Source: Octopus bimaculoides
Taxonomy: Eukaryota
NCBI RefSeq assembly: GCF_001194135.2
Contig: NC_069003.1
Coordinates: 25,417,190 to 25,469,058 of the forward strand
Direction: 5' to 3'
DNA: 51,869 nt
The position numbers were made by a program, and so were the translations under genes. The notes beneath the pieces were generated by a model that saw nothing but the letters and a program-made list of their open reading frames with translations, was not told the DNA's origin and did no database searches. Positions 25,144 to 35,150 of this stretch are shown here, piece after piece. Position 1 is the first letter of the stretch, and each line of letters opens with the position of its first letter.

Positions 25144-28100
25144 AGTTTTTCTTCTCTATTTCCAGGGCAGTGAAGTGCACACCGGAAGATCATACACCTA
25201 GTAAATGTTCCACTTTCATCAAATATCTGGCTTATGTTTCTTTATTATACAACAATATTTTGGGTTTTGGCATTGCTTATTCACTCGGTATTTTATACAT
25301 CTACTTTATCAGAGAATTTAACACTACAAAATCTGAAACAGCCATGATAACATCAGCGTGTAGTGCAACTTTAGGTTGTGGAGGTAAGTATTCAAAAATT
25401 AATAGCAATTGGTTTTTCCAACAAAAAAGAAAAAAAAACAAATAAAATGAACTAATACTTTGGTCAATAACCTTTGCCCTCTCACCTTGTCATTTGGAAC
25501 CGTTTCTGAGAAACCCAAACATATCACATCCTTATACATTTGAAAAAAAGAAATAGATCAGAGTTAGGAAAATATGTGAAGATATTAAAGATCAAAAACA
25601 AAAATATTAATTCTCCTTCAAGTACTAATTATTCTAGAAAATTCCTTCTTTTTTTTTCATATTAACAGAATATAATAATTATCTTATTCTATTTCATCAG
25701 TATTTAGCAAAATTTTCCTTAACTTTTCAATTTTCATTTGCAGGAATATTTGCAGGAATGTTGTACAGAAAAATTGGTGTTGGGTGGTCATTTATCCTTG
25801 CCAGCGCTTTGTGTTCAATTGGTTTGTTTGCAAGTAGCTTTACACCAAACATATGGTTTCTGTTTTTCTCACTTGGAATCTTATTTGGTAAGTTCAACAA
25901 ATTATAGTTGGAATACTAATAAAGACTATTTTATTTATTCAGTTAGACATTGGCTAGAACTTCAATATGGCTTGCACAGTACTCAGCATTCGAAACCCTG
26001 GCAGTTACAAGAAAAAACCACAAGTGTGGATTAAAGGCACGGAAATATAGTCCTTCTTACCTCGACTTGCAATCAGGTACCGCCTGCAAATTTGTTCAAG
26101 TGTTAACATGTGTCGTCATGGCCTCTCTTCGCCACATCTGGCCTCTATTGATGACAACATGACAAAGAGGGAAACTTTCCTTCTCGCACGTCGACGTGAC
26201 ATCATCTCTTCCCTTCTGGTCTTCCTGTACCATCCCTCCCTCTCCTTTCCATTGCACGCCCCACTGATCTAAGGATCACTGCTCTTCTGTTTTGTTTCGT
26301 AATCGTCCATCCACCTGGGGAGATGTGACGTTCCTTTGAGATCTGTGTAGGGTCACAGAGCCGGCTTCTCCCTCCTCTTTGTCATCAGAAGAGCTAATCA
26401 CCCATCGAATACCAGGACATGACACAGCATTCCATCCACTGATACACTATTTGGAGTACTAATCGCGGTCACCTTTCCTTTTTCCCACTGCATTGTGCAC
26501 CAAGCGTCTGGGGCTTCAACCACACTTCATCTCCAGCCTGCACAGATGTAATCCTTCTACCTCTAGCTGCTGTGGCACCATGCTCAGGTGTCTCCATTTG
26601 TGCCAGAATATGACCTTGTGCGGAACCGACTCTTCGGCTTGCCCTACCCTGGAGACATGTTCTACCAGAAAACTGCCTCCATAAGGGAGATTCATCCCCT
26701 CTCAGCCATGGCTTTAATCATACGGTGGTGCCATTCCACAATCCTGTTTCCACCTGGCCTATATGCAACTCTGAAGAAGCGTCTTGTGCTCCACCTTTCG
26801 AGCATCTCTCTCAGCTGCTCTGAGCGAAAAACTGCACTGTTGTCCATCAATAGCTCGTCTATAGACCCCCTTTCCATAAACACCGCATTCAGCACTTCTG
26901 CAACTTCTGCAACTTCATATAGCCATTTGCCCAGGTCCACAGTCAACCGTTGAAAGCTACACCTTTCCCCAATAGTGCGTCATGTAATGGCTAGCCTCTT
27001 CCAGTCTTCTTCTACCTGAATCTTTCCTAATTCGTGTATGCTCGGAGAAGGATCAATCGATATTTTCCTCTGGTAGTATCATTCAAGATGTACCAACCTT
27101 TTGCAGCACTTTTCATTTAACGGTTGAATAAAGTGTGGCAGTAAATTACAACTTTTGTTCTTGTATTTCTTCCGCTGTTATACCTGACTCATTTGGAACC
27201 AAGGGCCAGAACTATACTACTCATCCTCCTAAAGTACTAACAGCAATTTTGAGAATCTGCAGGTTCAGTCGGAATCTGATTATACTTACAAATCAAAGCC
27301 AATCCTTGAAAAGATAGTACAAGCTTGTAGAGAAACTGAGAAATCATGAATGTGAAGAACAATTCTAGCATTTAACTTCCTATAATCTTCACAAGGATAC
27401 CAATCATCATCAATTTTCTTCCGTCCCAAGAACAGAGAAGCCCAATTACTTCATGATGGTTGAATTATTCCAAGCACCAACTTGTGGCTGAATTTGTCCT
27501 TCGCAATTTTCAATTTGACTGGGGCTTATCGCCTCGGTTGAGTGGAAACAGGAGGATGATTCATGACAATGTAGTGCGTTACCTATTGCAAAAGATTCCT
27601 CACACAAAAGATTGTGCAAGTTGTACCCTGAAATGTTTGCAGGATAGTATAGTAATGAGGCGATACTATCCTCATTAGTATAGCCTCATTACTAATGAGG
27701 ATAGTATTAGTAATGACAATACTTTCCTCATAGTATTGAGAATAGTATTGTCCTCAATACTATCCTCAATTGTATTGAGGATAGTACAATACAATTATAC
27801 TAATGACAAAGAGGTTTAAAAAAACCCAGAGAACCGACTGCATCAGGTTTTACACTCGTACCTTTAAGTTGATCAATGAGTCAACTAGTTTTTCTATTCC
27901 ATCAGTTGACAAGATCATAGTGATGCAAGGAAGATCAGCTATTAAAAAAATCCACATGAATTCTCTTCGTAAATTCAAATATAGCATCATGGACATTTTG
28001 CCATCTGCAGGTATCGGTGAATGATTTACCTCCTGTAACGTAACTGCTGTTGGCTGCCTCGTGTCATATAAAATTTGAAAAATTTGGTGGTTAGCTGCTT

Positions 28101-31100
28101 TTTCTAGCAGTCTGGTCACCAATTTGTGGATGTGCAGTGATACTCAATTTCAAATGTTGAACGTCCAGCATTATCGATTTGTAGTATGGTTGACAGCTCA
28201 CTTTTACTGTCAGAGTTGCCAGTTTGTGAAAGGTGGATCGGCTGGGGTCTGGATTATTTGGTCATACTGCATGCTGCTCCCAAATGGAGCCAATTACAAT
28301 ACTTAGGTTATATAATATGTTTTGTGGAGGTGCAATGGCCCAGTGGTTAGGGCAGCAGACTCGCGGTCATAGGATTGCGGTTTCAATTCCCAGACTGGGC
28401 GTTGTGAGTGTTTATTGAGCGAAAACACCTAGTGCTCCACGAGGCTCCGGCACGGGATGGTGGCGAACCCTGCTGTACTCTTTCACCACAACTTTCTCTC
28501 ACTCTTACTTCCTGTTTCTGTTGTGCCTGTAATTCAAAGGGTCAGCCTTGTCACACTGTGTCACGCTGAATATCCCCGAGAACTACGTTAAGTGTGCTCA
28601 GCTACTTGCATGTTAATTTCACGAGCAGGCTGTTCCGTTGATCAGATCAACTGGAACCCTTGACGTCATAAGCGACGGAGTGCCAACAACATGTTCCTAC
28701 ATACATACAAATGCAGGTAAGAATACACATGAACATTTCTACATAAGTATCAATACAGTATCGTACACACACACACATACACAGCCTTTCCCTCATTGGG
28801 TAATCTACAGGCCGTGTGCTTCTGTATCAAATCTACAATATCTTTAATACAATCATCTTCCTTTATATTCTATTTCAGGTTCTGGAGCAGCCATCAACAA
28901 TATTGTCAGTTATGCAGCCCTGGAGAAATTATTCCACCAAAATGTTTATATTCTATCCATTACACTGACAATATGTTCTCCATTTGGAACTTTATGTGTA
29001 CCATTTTTAGTAGATATGCTCTTAAATATCTACTCTTGGCGAGGAGCATTGATGATTCTTTCTGGCTTCAGTTTGAACATGTGTTTTTCAGGATTGTTAT
29101 CAAAAGTTGATAGAAAACCAAAATCTGATGCGAAGGTTGAACGACTAAAAATATTTGATATGAAATTATTGAAAAACAAATGTTTCTTGATACTATCAAC
29201 TGCTGCATCAATAAATACATGTTGTGGTTCCCTTGTTTTGCTCCTTATTGTTGATTTTTGGGTTGGAAAGGGTCATCCAATGTTAGAGGCTATTACACTA
29301 ATTACTTTTGTAAGTATTTCAAGCATGGCAAGTAGACTTGTCTTTGGTTTCTTAAGCCTCTTATTCGACTTAACACCAGTACTCATTCTCATATTTTATA
29401 TTGTTTGTGGTGTTGGTGGAATATTCTTCGTTTTTGCTCCCATGTGTGATACTTATTCACCATTAGTTTTCCTGGCAGTCTTGAATGGATTTTCTCGTGG
29501 AATGGTAGCCACAATACGTCCCCTGGTCTTCAAAAAAGTTGTCGGTATTGAAGCTTATCCAATAGCTATTGGCTTTACTTTCACTGTGAATGGAATATGT
29601 ACAGTACCAGCTGCAACTATTGTAGGTAAGTGTGACATGCCTGATCCAGGCTTTGTGAATCATAATATTGGTTTCAAATTCTGGTACAAGACAGCAATTT
29701 TGTGAGAGGTGGTATGTTGATTACGTTGACCCCAGAGTTCAACTGGTACTTACTTTATTGACCCCAAAAGGATGAAGGGCACTATCAAAACCAGCAGTAT
29801 TGGAATTCAGAAAATAAATTAGGAAAAACTACCTAAACAGTTATTCCAGCACAGTAACAATTCAACCAGCTCACTGCCTTTGTCAGTTATATTGGTTTCA
29901 AATTTTGGCACAAGGCCAGCAATTTTAGGGGAGGGTTAAGTTGATTAAATGAACCCCAGTGTTCAACTTGTACTTAATTTATCAATCCAGAAAGGATGAA
30001 AGGCAAAATCACCCTAGGTGGAATTTGAACTCAGAATGTAAAGATAAATGAAATGTTGCTAAGTATTTCACCTGGTGTGCTAACGATTTTCCTTGCTTGC
30101 TGCCTTGTCAATCATTTTTTTTTTTTATTTGCAAACAACTTGCAGATGTAAGTGCTACCAATTGAAAGCTCTGCATACTGGATGCTAGCAAGTTTATGGG
30201 GTCATCAGGAGAGAATGCACGCCATTTTGGGGCCTTCCTCTCAATGGCATCATTGTGCACCAGTCCCACTCACTGAAATGAAGCCCTGCCTGCTAGATCA
30301 ACTGGTTATTAGATTTTCCTCAAATTTCTTCTAACCATTGCTCATCATCTCTTTATAACCAAATCCAGTGGTTTGCCTTCTCCACTGTAGTCTGGATGTC
30401 ACCAATGGTATCCAGACTACTATAATGTTAACAATGCATCTGTCACTACAACCGGATTCAACTGCTTTCTGGCTGGTGATTTATTTAGGTTATAGCTAAC
30501 ACTGAGATGTTGATAGCTAATTATTTTGAAATTTTATAGAACATATATAAATGTTTGACTGAAGATAGCATCACAACTGAATACAGAAGATAAACACAGG
30601 TAACATACAACATAGAAAGTGATGAAACAATGTAACTGAATATAGTTACATATATTTAGATGTGAAGTTTACATGGCTCAGTGGTTAGAGTGTTGGACTC
30701 ATAATCTTGAGGATGTGAGTTTGATTCTTGGATCGAGTTGTATGTTGTGTTCTTGAGCAAGACACTTTATTTCATATTGCTCCAGTTCTTTCAGCTGTAG
30801 AAATGAGTTGCGATGTCACCGGTGCCAAGTTGTATTGGCTTTTGCCTTCCCCTTGGATAACATCAGTGGCATGGAAAGGTGAGGCTGATATGCATGGGCA
30901 ACTGCTGGTCTTCCATAAACGACCTTGCCCAGATTTTTGCCTTGGAGGGGAACTTTCTAGGTGCAATCCCATGGCCATTTATGACTGAAGGGAGTCTAAA
31001 TTTACATGTAGCCTTGATCTTTTCCTTGACAATTGTTTGGTTTCAAATTTGTATAGCTTGATGGTGTAAAATATTATATCAAACTAGAGTAACTGTAGCA

Positions 31101-31371
31101 ACTTAACCAGCTTTCATTCTAAATAACCTTATCTGTTATTATTTCACTGTTGTTTTTTTTTTTTATAGGTAAAATCACAGATATTACACAGAGTTATGAC
31201 TTTGCTTTTTATCTCACTGGACTATTTGAAATTCTTACATTCCTATTATTAGCATCTTTGTACTTCCTGGTAACTTGCCAGAGAAAAAGGAATCATAAAT
31301 TTAAGCCAGAGAATTTCACATCCCATAATTTAATAGCAATGAAGTCTCATTATGAAAAGAACAACAGATGA
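18526..31371 (+). CDS. SLC16/MCT-like MFS transporter, tandem copy 2; join(18526..18713,25166..25383,25744..25887,28879..29625,31169..31371), 499 aa
   Basis: Five exons (188+218+144+747+203=1500 nt), GT-AG, same phases as copy 1, no assembly gap inside the gene. 75 aa differences over the 481 shared residues by hand count. Confidence 0.92.
19750..20940 (+). mobile_element. L1/Tx1-clade LINE ORF2 remnant
   Basis: Broken frames give VVVYAPTG (19754), EWTW, TGHKFVV, GPSYWMLNA (20119) and WPITLLNAQF..VKVLAKWLARVV: APE end, G-P-x-Y-W-K-L-N linker and RT start. Confidence 0.75.
20940..21050 (-). mobile_element. Short RT remnant resembling site-specific (HERO/NeSL-type) non-LTR elements
   Basis: ..TYVSMSHKLVEQALQRLHIPWKTTDLIL resembles DLANAYGSIPHKLVE.AL.R.H.P as I recall it; very short. 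Confidence 0.4.
22030..22620 (+). mobile_element. Penelope-like RT remnant (Poseidon-type)
   Basis: AMGSNDSVQVTDLVGI (cf. TMGSYDGAEVCELVG), GLFRYN (cf. GLYRDD), ISIENNLKEANFLDVTL, and a degenerate SNHP motif (NHPRSII). Confidence 0.75.
23298..23455 (-). mobile_element. SINE family A, 3' part
   Basis: Reverse complement of the family A 3' module with a (TTG)n tail on its left. Confidence 0.88.
23678..24042 (+). mobile_element. SINE family A, near full length
   Basis: 10-bp TSD ATTGAGTGAG (23668-23677, 24043-24052); inserted into another repeat. Confidence 0.9.
24185..24385 (-). mobile_element. Penelope-like RT fragment
   Basis: PLLKYIKSFIRDDLDMLEHLP...ILVTQDVINLYTKIPHYYGIEAIKFWL fits the Penelope DV.SLYT.IP region. 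Confidence 0.8.
25102..25143. repeat. (TAC)14 microsatellite upstream of copy 2 exon 2
   Basis: Direct reading; an interrupted version precedes copy 1 exon 2 (5850-5915). Confidence 0.9.
25166..25383 (+). CDS. SLC16-like copy 2 exon 2
   Basis: tttccag|G acceptor and GGAG|gtaagt donor; 218 nt as in copy 1. Confidence 0.92.
25744..25887 (+). CDS. SLC16-like copy 2 exon 3
   Basis: ttgcag|GA acceptor and TTTG|gtaagt donor; 144 nt; 140/144 identical to copy 1. Confidence 0.92.
26020..26945 (-). mobile_element. Gypsy-type LTR retrotransposon integrase remnant
   Basis: ELLMDNSAVFRSEQL...AYRPGGNRIVEWHHRMIKAMAERG (integrase core) and a downstream VSVDGM segment; absent from copy 1 intron 3. Confidence 0.8.
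27640..27800. repeat. Patchwork of alternately oriented GAGGATAGTATT-like motifs
   Basis: About 8 variants in both orientations with local hairpins. Confidence 0.75.
28325..28690 (+). mobile_element. SINE family A, full length
   Basis: Matches 1427-1778; absent from the paralogous intron. Confidence 0.9.
28879..29625 (+). CDS. SLC16-like copy 2 exon 4
   Basis: ttcag|GT acceptor and GTAG|gtaagt donor; 747 nt open; overlaps ORF 29016..29705. Confidence 0.95.
29662..30110 (-). mobile_element. Two tandem copies of SINE family D (Meta-domain-like)
   Basis: Each has gaccccag...actggtactt..tttat.ga(cccc)aaaggatgaa.ggc; units near 29662-29880 and 29890-30110. Confidence 0.75.
30672..31010 (+). mobile_element. 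tRNA-derived SINE, family E (CORE-like central module)
   Basis: tggctcagtggttagag head; gttgtgttcttgagcaagacacttta module shared with 49241-49545. Confidence 0.7.
31169..31371 (+). CDS. SLC16-like copy 2 exon 5 (stop TGA)
   Basis: poly-T then atag|GT; ORF 31150..31371; 18 aa longer than the copy 1 terminus. Confidence 0.92.
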
Positions 31372-31410
31372 ATATACATTTTGTAAGAAAATTCACAGTT
31401 GTGTACATTG

Positions 31411-31416
31411 AATAAA
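31411..31416 (+). terminator. Candidate poly(A) signal of SLC16-like copy 2
   Basis: AATAAA 40 nt after the stop; position only. Confidence 0.35.
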
Positions 31417-31923
31417 TATATTTCTTATCTTCAATTTTGATCATTTTCCTTTTAATTCTTGTGTAAATCACTTCTGAATGGCATAACGGTGTTTTGGGAG
31501 AAGTGGTAAAGAAAAAAATCGAACATACTGGCTGTAGTTTTGAAATAGCTTTAACATGAACCATAAGTGCCAGAAATGCCCTCTACAATATTTATGGATA
31601 TAGCCCATGTCAGCTTGTTTTTGGAGGAAATCCCAACTTCCTTCATTTCTAAATGATAAACTTCTCACATTAGAAGCTATTCCTACCAATAAAGTTGTGG
31701 CAAGTAAGTTGAATGCCATACATACTGTTAGAAAAGGATTTATAAAGTTTAAGTCTTCACAGAAATTAAGATGTGCACTTCATCACTAAGATAGGACAAG
31801 TAGCACAATCCAGCAAAACAAGATATCTTTCTTGATAAAAGAAATGAATGTGGTTGACATCTTGGTTCAGGTGCTGTCATTGACTGGGAAGATAAGTACT
31901 TGTTAAATATGGAGGCACATATT

Positions 31924-32310
31924 GTGTGTGTTGTGTGTGTTGGCACTCCGTCGTTTACGACGTCGAGGGTTCCAGTCGATCCGATCAACGGAACAGCCTG
32001 CTTGTGAAATTAATGTGCAAGTGGCTGAGCACTCCACAGACACGTGTACCCTTAACGTAGTTCTCGGGGATATTCAGCGTGACACAGTGTGACAAGGCTG
32101 ACCCTTTGAATTACAGGCACAACAGAAACAGGAAGTAAGAGTGAGAGAAAGTTGTGGTGAAAGAGTACAGCAGGGTTCGCCACCATCTCCTCGTGGAGCT
32201 TTAGGTGTTTTGGCTCAATAAACACTCACAACGCCCGGTCTGGGAATCGAAACTGAGATCCTATGACCGCGAGTCCGCTGCCCTAACTACTGGGCCATTG
32301 TGCCTCCACT
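31924..32310 (-). mobile_element. SINE family A, full length, tail grown into a (CA)-type repeat
   Basis: 10-bp TSD GGCACATATT (31914-31923, 32311-32320). Confidence 0.9.
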
Positions 32311-32339
32311 GGCACATATTATAGCAGGGAGATAACAGT

Positions 32340-32670
32340 TTACTTGAAATAGCCAGCCTCAGCTTCCACCACAGCCTAGCTCCAGAACCGGGTGCTTGCA
32401 TTCTTTACTGCGTCCCTGGGAAGCTCTTCAAACACTTCCTTGATCTTGGCCACCAGCTTGGCCTTGGTGTTGCTGGCAGAGTGGTTGGGGTCGTTTTCAA
32501 CCATGCTCCCCCACACAGTAATCCATGGGATTACAATCGGGGTAATAAGGAGGCCAGAAAAAACTAGGCCTAATGAAGCTGTAGAAATTCTCTGACAACT
32601 ACTTCTCTCTCTTTCTGGAGGTATGACAAGGAGCCAAATCCTGCTGCCACACATATGGCCTTCCAGCAGC
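32340..32670 (-). mobile_element. Tc1/mariner-superfamily transposase C-terminal remnant (DD37D/maT-like)
   Basis: RPYVWQQDLAPCHTS...WPPYYPDCNPMDY...KIKEVFEELPRDAV; stop and frameshift present; cut by an N gap. Confidence 0.8.
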
Positions 32671-32770
32671 NNNNNNNNNNNNNNNNNNNNNNNNNNNNNN
32701 NNNNNNNNNNNNNNNNNNNNNNNNNNNNNNNNNNNNNNNNNNNNNNNNNNNNNNNNNNNNNNNNNNNNNN

Positions 32771-32815
<45 letters not shown>

Positions 32816-32817
<2 letters not shown>

Positions 32818-32945
32818 TCAGAGTGGTTGGTGTTAGGAAAGGCATCCAGCCTTAGAAACTTTGCCAAATCAGACTGGAACCTGGTGCAGCTCTCCAGCCT
32901 ACCAGTTTCGGTCAAACCATCTAACCCATGCCGGCATGGAAAGCA
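32816..32945 (+). mobile_element. Family C repeat fragment
   Basis: gagtggttggtgttaggaaaggcatccagc...gccggcatggaaagc. Confidence 0.75.
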
Positions 32946-33101
32946 GGTGGTAAATCACAATCATATATTTATTTGTAATTGGGAATGGGAGGCAAAACCT
33001 GAAAATGTTTAAAGTTTTGTGTGTTCCACAAATTGGTAAAGCTAAATTTCAGGTCTCTGACAACTCAGAAATCATAAATGAGACCCATTTTCAGCATTCA
33101 T

Positions 33102-33107
33102 TTTATT
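33102..33107 (-). terminator. Candidate poly(A) signal of AK8
   Basis: First minus-strand AATAAA after the stop (about 280 nt); another at about 32968. Confidence 0.35.
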
Positions 33108-33338
33108 TTCTGATACAATTTAACAACACTACATCAATACATATAAATATATGTGCGTATATCTCACAGAGAGACAGATACACAGGCTTGGAGAATTTTT
33201 CCAGTGTTTAACAGATATATAAATAAAAGTATTTTTTGAAGCAAACACTACTCTCTCGATTATTATTCTTCCTGTTCTTTATCAGCTAAAGAACTGAAAA
33301 TAAAATGCAATATAAGCCAAATTGGTCATCAAGAGATA

Positions 33339-33391
33339 ATGGTCATTAGAATATGGTCATTAAAATATGGTCATTAAAATATGGTCATTAA
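33339..33391. repeat. 14-bp tandem repeat (ATGGTCATTAAAAT)x3.8 overlapping the AK8 stop codon
   Basis: Direct reading. Confidence 0.85.
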
Positions 33392-33709
33392 TCGAAGTTA
33401 ACTGCTACAGGGTTGATGATCATACTCATAATGGTTTCAAACACAGTGTAATAATCTTGATCAGCATTCAGATGAGATGCTTTCTCTGTGTAATATATTG
33501 ACAGTTCATCCTCCTGAGCATGGAATCTTGATACTTTCTCTGTGACTGTCTTCTCCATATGTCTTGGGTTGGCTCTCAGGTGGTCCATCATCGCCAATGT
33601 CTGCGGAGGATTAAAATGCAGGTGATGTTGCTGTCCAGTCACTAAGTCTGTCCTTAGAGGAGTCAACCTCTCCAATATGGAATCCAATGATACATCTAAG
33701 AAAAATACC
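33388..33709 (-). CDS. AK8: AK8 last coding exon (stop TAA)
   Basis: tttcag|G acceptor; [16 protein letters not shown]...[26 protein letters not shown]. Confidence 0.93.
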
Positions 33710-35119
33710 CTGAAAAATGAGGAAAAGATATATTTATTCTTCCTTTGTCTCTTATTCTTTATTGCCCACAAGGGGCTAAACATAGAGGGGACAAACAAGG
33801 ACAGACAAACAGATTAAGTCGATTACATCGACCCCAGTGTGTAACTGGTACATAATTTATCGACCCCGAAAGGATGAAAGGCAAAGTCGACCTCGGCGGA
33901 ATTTGAACTCAGAACGTAACGGCAGACAAAATACCGCTAAGTATTTTGCCCGGCGTGCTAACGTTTCTGCAAGCTCACCACCTCCTTTGTCTCCTGTGTC
34001 CAGTCCCTTCCTATCCTTCGTTCAGTCTCTCCATTCTGCCCTCGAATTCTCTTGCACCGTCTCCAACTCTTCTGTTGAATTTCTCAACATATCCATTTTT
34101 ATTCACCACTCTGCCCTTACCACCTCCATCCACTACAAACACACAGAGCCACACTCTTATATTCACTTCTCTCCACCCAACCTACCCACATCAAACTCTT
34201 CATCCCCTACTCCTAACTCTGTCTACACCAGCTCTGAAGTGATGACTATGACTTTGAGACCTGGCCTCAACTCATGGCTTGCATAGATATCCCCTCACCA
34301 TTATCCAAACTGCTCTTGCCCAGGCACAATCTATTGACTGTACCTCTGCTCTCTCTCCCTGGACCCACCCCATCCTTGCCTGCCTCCCTTTTCTCCTCAC
34401 CTATCATGCCTCCACCCTACCCTTCCAACACACCATTCTCCGAGCCTTCCATCAACTCCAGTCTGACCCCTCCACCTCCCACATCTTCCCTAACTCACCC
34501 CTTTCTCCCTTCAAACACATCCATAATCTGCATGACCTCCTGGTCTGCAGTTTCTTCCCTACTCCTGGCACCCTACCTGGTTCCTTCCCTGGCTCTCGCC
34601 CATGCTGTCACACCTGCCCTACCTCTCCAACACCACTCTCCTCACCAGTACCCAACACCACCCCTAATACATCACCGACTCTTTTACCTGCACCTCCAGT
34701 AAAGTCAGCTCTTTCTGTCCTTCCATGTACATTGGTCAATCAGGACACCGCTTGACCAAACGGTTCACAGAGCACCTCCAAGACTCGGACTCAACAATGA
34801 CACCCCAGTCTCATACCACTTCTGCTCTACTGGTCATTCACTACCGCATCTCCTTTGTCTGCATTAAGACTGTCTTTGCACAGAGACCACCCAGACTCCC
34901 ACCTACACCATGAACAGGAATTAATCTTCTCCCTTCATTCTTTTGCTCTGAATGGCCTTAATTCACTACCTCTTTTCATCTAACACCAACCCCACATGTA
35001 TTCCAACACACCTGCCACCTTTAACTGCCCCTCCACCCCTACACCTAAGTCACTACACTCACCACACACACCATTCTTCCTGAGAATCAAACAACTACAC
35101 CTGCTTATCATTCTCTCAC

Positions 35120-35150
<31 letters not shown>

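Noticed and set aside
25041-25165. Poly-Leu stretch in frame with copy 2 exon 2, resembling a signal peptide
   Set aside because: It is the intronic (TAC)n tract; the same frame in copy 1 has a TAG at 5917, and a good acceptor sits at 25165.
28034-28298. Possible solo LTR TGTAA...TTACA in copy 2 intron 3
   Set aside because: Flanks ctcc/atac are not a target duplication and there is no second copy.
700-31450. The two transporter copies as mis-scaffolded alleles
   Set aside because: About 16% protein divergence, indel-rich flanks and many copy-specific TE insertions are too much for alleles.
33837-34913. Pro/Ser/Thr-rich overlapping ORFs as a host gene
   Set aside because: They are alternative frames of the frameshifted Penelope remnant.
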